Shown piece by piece: positions 35,501 to 45,368 of a DNA stretch of 64,000 nt. The notes beneath the pieces were generated by a model, which was not told the DNA's origin, made no database searches, and worked only from the letters and a program-made list of their open reading frames with translations. Source of the stretch: Ignavibacteriota bacterium (GTDB lineage Bacteria > Bacteroidota > Ignavibacteria > UBA10030 > CAVZMI01). The position numbers were made by a program, and so were the translations under genes. Each line of letters begins with the position of its first letter. Within the stretch, counting starts at the first letter, position 1. The DNA is taken from assembly GCA_963776275.1 (NCBI GenBank), contig CAVZMI010000018.1, positions 128,001 to 192,000 on the forward strand, written 5' to 3'.

Positions 35501-35560
35501 ATGTCTTTATTTAATTGCTGTGGTATTATCTTTTTATCATCGCAACTGAGGGAATATTGC

Positions 35561-36172
35561 ATGCGCCACGATTTTCTTGACCGATATAGCAGATTAGAAA
35601 GCCCGGTCCATAGACTACCGGCGATTGGAAAATTTGTTGCTGCAATTTTCATCATTGTAGTGATTATAGGAGTTCCCCTGACATGGTTTTTTGTCTTCCC
35701 TGCTATTATAGTGATTCTTCTTCTTACACTATATTTCAGTTCGGTACCATGGCTTTTTGTTATTAAGAGGTTGTTTTTTCTGGAGTTGTTGATCCTCGGA
35801 ATAGCATTACTTTCCCTTCTCCAGCCTCAAGGCGGCATTAGGTTTTTTACTATCGTTATGAAAAGTACACTATGCATTTTGACCGTTATTCTTCTCTCAA
35901 ATACAACTCAATTTTCGGAGCTTCTTACCATTTTACGGCGGTTCCATCTGCCGGCGATCTTTATCACAGTTCTGGCTCTCATGTACCGATATCTATTCGT
36001 TTTGATTGACGAGGCAGAACGTATGCACAGGGCACGGCTAAGCCGGACGTTCGTGCAGCACAAGACACAGTTGTGGTACTCACTGGCTACGCTTATCGGT
36101 CAGCTTTTCGTCCGATCGACAGAACGCGCCGAGAAAATCTACTCGGCCATGACTGCACGGGGGTGGAAATGA
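35561..36172 (+). CDS. cbiQ: ECF transporter T component CbiQ
   Basis: SPVHRLP; YRYLFVLIDEAERM; ERAEKIYSAMTARG. Confidence 0.9.
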   Translation: MRHDFLDRYSRLESPVHRLPAIGKFVAAIFIIVVIIGVPLTWFFVFPAIIVILLLTLYFSSVPWLFVIKRLFFLELLILGIALLSLLQPQGGIRFFTIVMKSTLCILTVILLSNTTQFSELLTILRRFHLPAIFITVLALMYRYLFVLIDEAERMHRARLSRTFVQHKTQLWYSLATLIGQLFVRSTERAEKIYSAMTARGWK

Positions 36173-36921
36173 GTTGTGCCATCAGTGTAAAAAACCTTTC
36201 GTTCCGGTATCCCGATGGAAAAGAAGCACTGAACGATATTACCTTCAACGTTCATGAAGGCGAGTGTGTGGCGATAATCGGACCGAACGGTTCCGGCAAA
36301 TCAACGCTTCTTCTTCATCTTAATGGGATTCTGCCGGAGGATCACAATGGCTTGTCGGTAGTCCGTATATTCGATCAGCCGATATCGAAAGCGGTTATGG
36401 ATATCATACGCCGGAAGGTCGGACTTCTTTTTCAGGATCCCGACGATCAACTTTTTTGTCCGACGGTGTTCGAAGATGTCGCCTTCGGACCAAGACAGTT
36501 CGGGGTAAGTGAAGAGGAGGTTCAAAAAGTAGTTCACGAAGCCCTCGTTCAGGTCGGACTCGAAGGATTTGATAAACGTTCGCCACATCATTTAAGCGGG
36601 GGAGAGAAACAGCGGGTTTGCCTGGCAGGAATTCTCGCCTGCAAACCTTCTATGCTGGCGCTCGATGAACCAACAAGCGACCTCGATCCGAAAGGGAAGA
36701 GGGAGCTGAAAAAATTTCTAAGATCACTCCCGGCGACGAAAATCATAGCAACGCATGATCTGGAGCTGGTCGTCGAGCTCTGTCTGCGCACGATCGTACT
36801 CGATGGCGGTCGTATCGTTGCAGACGGCCCGACGGTAGAGCTGTTGAATAATGAGGAGTTCATGCTCGCACATGGACTGGAACGACCGCATATTCTGCAG
36901 CACCGGCATCCACATCATTGA
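36169..36921 (+). CDS. cbiO: ECF transporter ATPase CbiO
   Basis: GPNGSGKS, FQDPDDQLF, LSGGEKQR, LDEPT. Confidence 0.92.
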   Translation: MSCAISVKNLSFRYPDGKEALNDITFNVHEGECVAIIGPNGSGKSTLLLHLNGILPEDHNGLSVVRIFDQPISKAVMDIIRRKVGLLFQDPDDQLFCPTVFEDVAFGPRQFGVSEEEVQKVVHEALVQVGLEGFDKRSPHHLSGGEKQRVCLAGILACKPSMLALDEPTSDLDPKGKRELKKFLRSLPATKIIATHDLELVVELCLRTIVLDGGRIVADGPTVELLNNEEFMLAHGLERPHILQHRHPHH

Positions 36922-36976
36922 CATTAAAGTAGTATAAAATAATTAAGAATAATAAAAACGGAATAGAGGATTCGCC

Positions 36977-37567
36977 ATGACGGATTTTACAGTTCTTGTC
37001 GAAGGTTATGTCAGGAGAAAAGAAGGAGTACTATACGCTTCGTCTACAGTCGTGCTGCTCCAGGACGCCGGATTTACGATCATCGTCGATCCCGGATTGG
37101 ACAGACAGCTGCTTCGTCATTCTCTGGAAAAATGGGATATTGCGACCGAGGATGTCAATTTTGTTCTCCTTACCCATTCTCATCCCGATCATTCACTGCT
37201 GGCCGGAATATTTCAAAAAGCAAAGACAATCGACGGCAAATACATATATTCTTATGACGGCAGTATGGAGGATACCGGCGAAAAAATACCCGGTACTGAG
37301 ATAGGAATACTGTTTACACCAGGGCACGACATGACAGACTGTTCGTTACTGATAAAGACCCGGGAATATGGGAAAGTAGGGATCGTTGGCGATGTTTTCT
37401 GGTGGTGCGATGACGAGCAACAGGAAACGAGTATGGACGATCTGATCAACAGGGAAGATTCCTCTGCTTACGACATGAATAATTTGATTGCCAGTAGGAA
37501 AAGGATTCTTGAATATACCGATTGGATCATTCCGGGGCATGGTAAAATGTTTCATGTACCGCGATAA
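36977..37567 (+). CDS. MBL-fold metallo-hydrolase
   Basis: THSHPDH, TPGH, GD, IPGHG. Confidence 0.9.
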   Translation: MTDFTVLVEGYVRRKEGVLYASSTVVLLQDAGFTIIVDPGLDRQLLRHSLEKWDIATEDVNFVLLTHSHPDHSLLAGIFQKAKTIDGKYIYSYDGSMEDTGEKIPGTEIGILFTPGHDMTDCSLLIKTREYGKVGIVGDVFWWCDDEQQETSMDDLINREDSSAYDMNNLIASRKRILEYTDWIIPGHGKMFHVPR

Positions 37568-37701
37568 GCGTTCATGAATCTGTGCGAATTTGTCCGCTAT
37601 ATTATAATTTGTTTCGTCATTGTACGTAACCATTCTACGGATCTAAATTCCGCCAGATAAAGGTGGGATGTATTGAGCAATACACAGTGAATCCTTTCAC
37701 T

Positions 37702-38466
37702 CTACAAAGAGACTCCTATGCCTCTGTCTCGCAGATATTCTTTGACCTGTTGAATACTAAGAAGACGATAATGGAATACTGAAGCGGCCAACAGTATGCT
37801 GGCCCCTCCAATTGTCACAGCATCGTAGAAATCCGATAATTTTCCCGCCCCACCTGATGCCACAACCGGTACCGTAACGGCTTCTGCTATAGCCCGTGTA
37901 AATTCAAGATCGTATCCGGCTTGCGTCCCGTCCCCATCCATGCTGGTCGGTAGAATTACACCTGCTCCAAGCCCCTCACACTGTTTCGCCCATTCAACTG
38001 CATCTTGACCGACCGGTTGTGTACCTCCGGCGATAACTAATTCAAACCCCGAAGGCATAGCTTTATTCCGGCATCCATCGATCGCCACCGTGATGCTTGC
38101 GGATCCAAATTGCCTGGCCGCTTCCTGAACCAGTGCCGGGCGTTTGACCGCCGCACTGTTCATTGATACCTTATCCGCGCCTGCTTCGAGCAACAATGCA
38201 ATATCTTCTACGGTAGTAATACCACCTCCTACTGTCAGCGGAATTTCAATCACAGCAGCCACACTCTTTACCCATTCCAGCCGGGTTTTACGATTTTCGA
38301 CCGTAGCAGCTATGTCCAGCATAGCTAATTCATCCGCTCCTTCACGTTGGTAGAGTCTCGCATTTTCTACCGGATCGCCGGCATCCTTCAGCTCGGTAAA
38401 ATGAATCCCTTTGACTACACGACCATTTTTCATGTCAAGGCAAGGCATGATTTTTACTGTCTTCAT
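37702..38466 (-). CDS. hisF: Imidazole glycerol phosphate synthase cyclase subunit (orphan)
   Basis: PCLDMKNGRVVKG, PLTVGGGI, GADKVS, TSMDGDGT, ASGGAG. Confidence 0.95.
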   Translation of the reverse strand: MKTVKIMPCLDMKNGRVVKGIHFTELKDAGDPVENARLYQREGADELAMLDIAATVENRKTRLEWVKSVAAVIEIPLTVGGGITTVEDIALLLEAGADKVSMNSAAVKRPALVQEAARQFGSASITVAIDGCRNKAMPSGFELVIAGGTQPVGQDAVEWAKQCEGLGAGVILPTSMDGDGTQAGYDLEFTRAIAEAVTVPVVASGGAGKLSDFYDAVTIGGASILLAASVFHYRLLSIQQVKEYLRDRGIGVSL

Positions 38467-38557
38467 GATTACTCCTTTTCGTTGCTTTGTGAAAAATCTT
38501 AAAATACTCTAGACTGATGTAAGAGCTCTAAATGCCTGATGGATTGCGATACCATGC

Positions 38558-39738
38558 CTACTTCAGCAGTGTGTCCAATATTAGAGAATCTCCGTTCGCC
38601 CTCACCAACATCTGTATCCGGATCAACCCGCCATCCGGTTTGCGTTCCTTACACGTCCCCTCGAGAACAAGCGAAGAGTCATTGACGCTTGCAATGACAA
38701 ATGAACCATCTTGGGGTATCCGGCTCCCCTGAATTTTTTGAATATCCAGATTTCTGAACGAACCGTTACCTCCGCCTAATGATGACGGGCGACGGTAGTA
38801 TTGTTGTGCCTGTGCAGCGAGCATCATGAGATGGTTGAGAACTGCGTCGTGGTTTGCGCGTATGGCATTTTCGATAAATGTGGCGCCGCGTTCATTCGGT
38901 CTTTGAAGCTGCGTTGGCGCCGGGCCGGCAGAATCAGGAATTACTGAAAGTCTGTCTGCCGTAACTTCTATTCTCACCTGCACCAATGAACCGCTCCGTG
39001 TCTTCTCTACGCCGGTGCCCTGGAGAATAATGGAGCTATCATAGAACGCAATCAACTCGTACCTCCCGTTCTGGTTGATCGGGTGTAGCGTAAGCATTGA
39101 TATGTTATCCAGGCTTTTGAATGAATTGTTTCCCCCGCCAAGCATAGCGGGACGGCGATAATACTGTTGGGCGCGTTCCCCAAGCATCATGAGCTGCCAT
39201 GAAGTACAAGGTCATGGTTCTTGAAAAAAGCCTCATCAAGAAGCTTCTGGTTGGCGGCCAGAGCGGTTCTGTCGGGGGGACGTGTTGTAAAGTCGGTCTC
39301 CCGAGAGAAGTTGTCTGCCACGATGGAGATGGTGTCGGGGCTCACCAGCATCCCTATCTGCAACAATGAGTCGTGCATGTTTCGCTCAACTCCTGTGCCC
39401 TGCAGTGTGACGGTGCTGTCGCTGCAATCGAGAATCACGTAATTACCGTTGGTGTTGGTCGGATACTTCGTCAACCTCTGAATGTCGTTCAAACCGCGGA
39501 ATGATCTTCCTCCACCACCAAATTCAGTGGGGAGACGATAATATTGTTGCGCTCTGGTGGCAAGATTTGTTAGGTCTGTCAGTAATGCATGATAGTTCGT
39601 ATTTGCCAGATCCGTTTTCTGCGCGCGCTTCATATGGAGCACGACTGCGACTACGATCGCACAAATCGTTATGATAAGAATGGTTCCGATGATATAAATC
39701 TTTTTACGATTCGAACCTATCTTCGTGTTATTCCGCAT
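38558..39738 (-). CDS. Membrane-anchored protein with three tandem pilin-head-like domains (frameshift at ~39190)
   Basis: N-terminal TM helix; three repeats of AQQYYRxPxxxGGGxxSF..G.(Y/F)..L(Q/E)GT. Confidence 0.7.
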
Positions 39739-39852
39739 AGTCTTCTCACTTAAGTACGATGGTTACAACTATAATTCACCTTTGGTTTATGCACCGTTGT
39801 ACTTTTGCCTAATAGTCGATCTTAAACTCTTTGCACGAATCATCAGCTTTAA

Positions 39853-40842
39853 TCAGGTCTTTGCCAGAACCACCAAGTCACCGCTCCACTCTGGGATGAA
39901 CAAGCGGCCGTTCCAGTATTCCATGCCGCAAATCTTAGGAAAGTTCAGGTTCAACGGATTGATTTCAGCAGGGTTATTGCGCAAGCCCTGTATCGCATGC
40001 GGCTTACCGGCAATGGTTGAAATAATGTTGGTGAACCGCTCTACCATCCGAACCACATGGTTTTGTGTGTCGCCAATAAAGATATTCCCAACCTCGTCCA
40101 GCGATAGTGACCAAGGACCACCATAACGCTCTGTCGGGCTGTAACCCAGAGTTGCCTTGCAAGCGTCGCCCCCGTCTCCTGTGTAGCCGCTTTGGCCGTT
40201 GCCGACGACGGTGGAAACAATACGTAGGCGTAAATCCAATTTCCGAACCGTAAAATTTTTGCTGTCCAGGACATAGAAATTGCCATCAGGACCGCGCCGT
40301 AGATCAAAAATCCAACTGAATTGTACCTCCTCAAATGGAACGTTTTCAAACTGAAAACCTGTCCGGCCGGTTCCGATAGTCTGAAGAGGATTGCCTTCGG
40401 CGCTAAACTGCCAGACTCGTCCTCCTTCTACTTCATTTACCCAGATATTTCCATCTAAATCGTATTCGCAATTGCCGATGTCTTTCAGGCCCAATAAGCG
40501 GCCATCAATGAAAACTGATGCTTGCTTGTGCACCAAGTCAATATTATAAACTGCATTGCCATTAAAACAGGCAACGAGGATTTTTCCAGCAGGTGTAACC
40601 GTCACATAACCCGGTCCACATAGATCGGCTGGGATATGCAAATCGCTCTCGGGTTGGGGGGTAGAACCCGCAGACCAGCACAGCCTATCATCAGCACCCA
40701 GACAGCCTACCCAGTGATTCCAGAAGTCAACCACATATCGGTGACCGGCGCTGTCATGAGAACCAAGTTGTGCGTATCCATCCCCCCATATTTTTTCTTT
40801 CTGAAAATTGATAATTCGTTCAATGCTCCATGATGTGTTCAT
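39853..40842 (-). CDS. NHL-repeat / beta-propeller protein
   Basis: GNGQSGYTGDGG, GNIFIGDTQNHVVR, ISTIAG. Confidence 0.8.
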   Translation of the reverse strand: MNTSWSIERIINFQKEKIWGDGYAQLGSHDSAGHRYVVDFWNHWVGCLGADDRLCWSAGSTPQPESDLHIPADLCGPGYVTVTPAGKILVACFNGNAVYNIDLVHKQASVFIDGRLLGLKDIGNCEYDLDGNIWVNEVEGGRVWQFSAEGNPLQTIGTGRTGFQFENVPFEEVQFSWIFDLRRGPDGNFYVLDSKNFTVRKLDLRLRIVSTVVGNGQSGYTGDGGDACKATLGYSPTERYGGPWSLSLDEVGNIFIGDTQNHVVRMVERFTNIISTIAGKPHAIQGLRNNPAEINPLNLNFPKICGMEYWNGRLFIPEWSGDLVVLAKT

Positions 40843-41335
40843 TTTCTTTTCCTTCCTTCTTTCGCAGACTGTGCCAGCCAATGGACCCGAGCTCCGCCAA
40901 TCCCACCAGACAAAGTTGGTACGTAAAAAGCGCAAAAGATGGTGGGCATGTAAGTCTGATTCAGCTTCTGCAGGATCGAGATCTCGTCCCTAAAATGGGA
41001 CGGATTGCGGCAACGAACACTATCAAATTTTACAATTGTCGCTAAAACATAAAAGTCAAACTGAGCGAGCCCGCCGACTTACCTGAGCGAAATCGAAGGA
41101 AGGCGGCCGAGTCTCCACCCGGAAAGCGGATGCTTCACCGGCGCAGAAGTGTCTCCCGGGCCATCTAGCACGTTTCAACTTCGTCGTCACTTAAAAAACA
41201 GGGACTCAGTCGCTCGAAGAAATCGTAATTTAGTGAAGCGTGGCGTTGATTCTTTTTGCAAGCATAGAAAAACATCACCGTCACACTGAGCGAGGGAGCG
41301 ACTTGATGATGAAACTTCTGGTGCAGGGTGCGTAA

Positions 41336-41396
41336 ATATTAGTATATTTCAGTAGTAATGTCAAGCATTGACTTTTTGATTTAAGCACTTTAGATT
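41336..41396. promoter_or_regulatory. Back-to-back sigma70 promoters
   Basis: Plus strand TTGACT(41368)-N17-TAGATT; minus strand TTGACA(41364)-N17-TAATAT. Confidence 0.55.
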
Positions 41397-41402
41397 AAAA
41401 CC

Positions 41403-42178
41403 ATGCATACCATCCGCCTGATACACTGGAACGAAAAAGAAGCGCAAGAAAAATCCTCTATTCTTAAAAAAAGAGGCTTTAAAGTGATTCACAGCATAAT
41501 CCGCGGGCAGCAGGATATGCGCGAACTGCGAAAAAATCCAGCAGATGCATTCGTAATAGATTTAACGCGACTACCATCGCAAGGGCGTGATCTAGGCATG
41601 TTCGTCCGGCAGTCGAAATCTACACGGTATGTACCTTTGATCTTCGTAGAGGGTGAAAAAGAAAAAGTAGATCGTATAAAGAAATTAATACCGGATGCGC
41701 ATTATACATCATGGCCGGAGATACATAGAACAATACAAAAAGCTCTTACAAATCCGATAGAGAATCCCGTAGCGCCTAAATCTTTGTTTGACACATATAT
41801 GGGAATTCCGCTGCTGAAAAAATTGGGAATAAAGGAAAATACTATACTCGGAATTATCAATCCACCGAAAGAATTTAAAAAGACGCTCGGCCGTCTGCCG
41901 GACGGGGTGAGAATCCAGAGTAAGCTTAAAAAAGAGAGAGATCTGACGCTCTGGTTTGTCAAATCAGAAAAAGAACTTCAGGAAAATATTCAAAAGGTGT
42001 CAAAATATAGTAAAAATGAAGCAGTCTGGATTCTGTGGCCGAAGAAAGGCTCGGAGTCTCTTCAAACCTATCACAAAACGTTGTAAGAAAGACCGGACTC
42101 GCTTCCGGGCTGGTCGATTATAAAATATGCTCTGTCGATGCTACCTGGTCGGGTTTGCTGTTCACAAAAAGGAAATAG
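41403..42178 (+). CDS. Receiver-like domain fused to a DUF3052-like domain (frameshift at ~42060)
   Basis: PADAFVIDL..PLIFV; LLKKLGIK, WILWPKK, then GLVDYKICSVDATWSGLLF in a shifted frame. Confidence 0.7.
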
Positions 42179-42335
42179 TAATTTAAATACGATTAATAAT
42201 TAAATTCTTGCTATTATTTAGTATTTTTGTTATTATTATCGCAAATGATTTTGAATCCCTTTGACCCTTTCCTCAAAAACAGCTATTCCGATAGAACAGA
42301 AGAATTACTTTAATCTACGGGAAGGAATCTGACCC

Positions 42336-44038
42336 ATGAGTTCTTCAATTGATGATCGCGTCGATACACTTATCGCGGCTTTCAAAAAGGACGGCTATGA
42401 TGTAGACAGGACATCGGATGTTCTTTTGTGTGGAGAAAAAATTGGAATTCGTGCGACGCATGCGACAGCTGTTATCGGAACGACAGGAAAGAAGAAAAAG
42501 GTATTCTATCTTGAAGGAGATCCCCATACGATGGGCTATCTGCAGGGGAAATTGGCGGAACCCGAGATCGAACGTATGTGCACGGATTTCAATGATGACA
42601 TTGTCTTCGACTACATCAATCTTCAAATTCAAGATCCCACAATACGGACACTCCTGGGCGAGGTGCTCGAAGATATAATCTACTGGATCTCGAAAAGCAT
42701 GTATCAGGATATTCCGCCTCACTATGTCGAAGAACTGGATGGAATACTCGACGGGTGCAAAGAAGTCAATAAACAGACACACGTCGATCGCGAAAGCCTC
42801 TGGGTTCTCAACGCCGGGATCGATGCGATTCTATCGTATATATATACCGGGCTCTTTCCTCATAAAAGATTATTTCCCATTAAAATCAAGCCCGAACACC
42901 TGAGAGTTCCGTTCATGTGCAACGGTTTCTCGGTTACGGGAGTCGATTCACGAATTCAAAGACGATTCCATTATCTTGGACGGGATTTCATGTTTCCGAA
43001 TGCCGGTGTATTTCAGGATACTGCCGCAATGATTATCCGCAGGCCGGATGAGGGAATTCCCACAGTCAGCGTTGCTGCGCCGGGAATGATCGGCGCCATT
43101 GCAGGTCTGAGTCTCAACAGAGTCGGTGTCGGAGTCGATATGTCCCCGGCGGCGAACTGCAGCACCCACCGTCCCGGATTAAATTCGCTCCTCCTGACAC
43201 GGCAAAGCATTCAATACGGTAAGAATTGCGATGAAGCAGTCGAGATCAGTTGTAAATGCTCAGCGGGGAGTGTCATGGGATTATATCCTTGCCGATGGAA
43301 ATACCGACAAGGCATGTGTTTTGGAGGCGGGAGTGGCAGTGGATAATCTAAATCTTCTTTCATATACCGATCAATGGGTCATAGATCTACTTAAAGGGAT
43401 TGATCCTCACTTCGAAGATATGATTAAGAATCACTCTGCTCCTTTGCGTAAAGGATGCATGCTACGATGGAATACACTATACATACCCAATCATATACCA
43501 GCATTTTAATAATGCATTGGTGGAGGCATATAAAAAATTAAATTCGCATTATTCCTATGCCTATAATGCAGAAGATTTTAGCAAAATGGGATTCATCAAC
43601 AAGATATGGACTGATAAGAATTGCCCGGGCCCTTTTTATTTTACTCCACAACGTGAGAACATACCGGATATGGTACTCGTAACGAATCATTACGTTACAC
43701 CTGAAATGCGATTGTGTGCAATGAACCTCTGGACGGCGATTATTGCTGCCGGAGACTCTCGACGACATCCAATGGCGATACGATGAACTAAACTCTCAGC
43801 TGTTAACGGTGCTTGAGAAAGGATATATGACCTGGGAGGAAGCCAAGACGACAATCGATTATCTGGCACCGTACAGGAAATTTCCCGATTACTACAAGCC
43901 AGGATCAAAAGCCATTGAATCAATTGGAAATTCACGGTTCTGTGTCTCTAATGGATCTCAAGGCAGAGAACTATTGAATCGCATTACGGATATTTTGCCG
44001 ATGAATGGATCAAGATAACGCTTGGTAATTATTTCTGA
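42336..44038 (+). CDS. C45-family (Ntn-hydrolase) autoproteolytic acyltransferase/peptidase, multiply frameshifted
   Basis: GDPHTMGYLQG; PFM-CNGFS nucleophile site; LGRDF; VTNHY; pieces in four ORFs. Confidence 0.7.
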
Positions 44039-44041
44039 TAG

Positions 44042-44599
44042 TCAGGTTGAAGATTTTTTCTCAACATTGATCGATATTTTTCCTTTTTGAGCAAGTCGTA
44101 AGAGAATATACAGCACACTTTCTTTTGAGATTTTAAAGTATGATGCGAGTATGTCGGGTTGGCACGAGACGTTCTTGTCAATGTATTGCTCGATTTCTTC
44201 TTCGATTTGCCGTACCCAGTCTTCAAAGAGGCTGCGAATCTCTGGTGTTGCAAATGTGGCAATCTCGCCGCTCTGTCGTATGGACGACATCATCTGTTTG
44301 CACATCTCCATAGGATTAAAACCGCCTTCAGACTCTTCACCGGAATCATCGCAGCATTTCATCATTTCTGACATTGGACCTTTTTCACCCATCATAGATC
44401 CCATCATGCTCATCATCGAACCGCCCCTTCCCATCATCATTTCCATCATCTTCGGCATCATGCTTTTCATCATGTCCTGCTTTTCTTCCGGAGACATTGA
44501 AGCGAAGAAGGTTTCCATCATTTTTTCCATCATCTCCTTTCGCTCTTCAGCAGACATAGATCCCATCATGGTTTCCATCATTTTTTCTTTTAGATTCAT
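44042..44599 (-). CDS. Methionine-rich protein with C-terminal wHTH-like region
   Basis: About 30 Met in the first ~110 aa, a CC pair, GGAGG RBS; follows ArsR. Confidence 0.75.
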   Translation of the reverse strand: MNLKEKMMETMMGSMSAEERKEMMEKMMETFFASMSPEEKQDMMKSMMPKMMEMMMGRGGSMMSMMGSMMGEKGPMSEMMKCCDDSGEESEGGFNPMEMCKQMMSSIRQSGEIATFATPEIRSLFEDWVRQIEEEIEQYIDKNVSCQPDILASYFKISKESVLYILLRLAQKGKISINVEKKSST

Positions 44600-44642
44600 A
44601 TTAACCTCCATGGTTTTCTGTCTATTATAAATATTGATATTA

Positions 44643-44981
44643 TTAACGACACATTTTCCACCATCTGGGTGTAAAGAACATACGTTCCCGATCCTTTAGC
44701 TCGCCGAGTGAATGAGCGATATCGAGGAATATGCCGATGGCGCTTAAAATGCGAGTGTCCTTGAGCTTATAAAACACGAACGGACCCTGACGTTCCGTCT
44801 CAAGAACGTTATGCTCCCGAAGAATCCTGAGATGGTGCGAAACTAGCGGCTGCGAGAGTCCGGTCTCAGCCACAATTTCCGACACAGAGCACTTCTTTTC
44901 GCCAATAAATTTGATGATTTTTAACCGGTTTGATTCACCGAGGGTCTGGAATAGAAGCTCCAGCTGCCGTGCATCGTCCAT
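44643..44981 (-). CDS. ArsR/SmtB family transcriptional regulator
   Basis: RLKII..SVSEI..LSQPLVSHHLRILR..V..ERQG..VFY. Confidence 0.92.
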   Translation of the reverse strand: MDDARQLELLFQTLGESNRLKIIKFIGEKKCSVSEIVAETGLSQPLVSHHLRILREHNVLETERQGPFVFYKLKDTRILSAIGIFLDIAHSLGELKDRERMFFTPRWWKMCR

Positions 44982-45042
44982 ATAAATGATCTCTTATATA
45001 AACATACGTTTATATTATAATAAATAAAAAGGCATTTGTCAA
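44980..45042 (-). promoter_or_regulatory. Consensus sigma70 promoter with ArsR-type operator palindromes
   Basis: TTGACA(45042-45037)-N17-TATAAT(45019-45014); perfect ATATAAAC-N4-GTTTATAT at 44996-45015 and an imperfect copy at 44980-44999. Confidence 0.8.
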
Positions 45043-45368
45043 GAGGTATTGAAAATTTTTATTGTCATTTTATTTACCGATTGAATTGGCAAATTCGAGT
45101 CCACCATTTTCGGATATATAAAATGAAATTATGGAGTCGGGAAAAAATGCTCTATAAATGTGGATTTTATATTTGCCTTTTTCCTTCATCTATGCTATTT
45201 TCCTCTTTGTGGGTCCCGCCTGAGTTTCTCGCTCCTGCTTCCGGGAGAAGGAAAGCGGAGTGATTGCTTTTCATCTATCGATCACCCGTTGAAACTTACG
45301 CTAATGTGAAATCGTATATAAAAAAAACTGACAATCTATATCCTGCATTTACCATTACCGGGGGTTTT

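Noticed and set aside
35279-35560. Cobalamin or NiCo riboswitch in the cbiM-cbiQ gap
   Set aside because: No riboswitch consensus recognised; the sequence is a dispersed repeat also found upstream of carB
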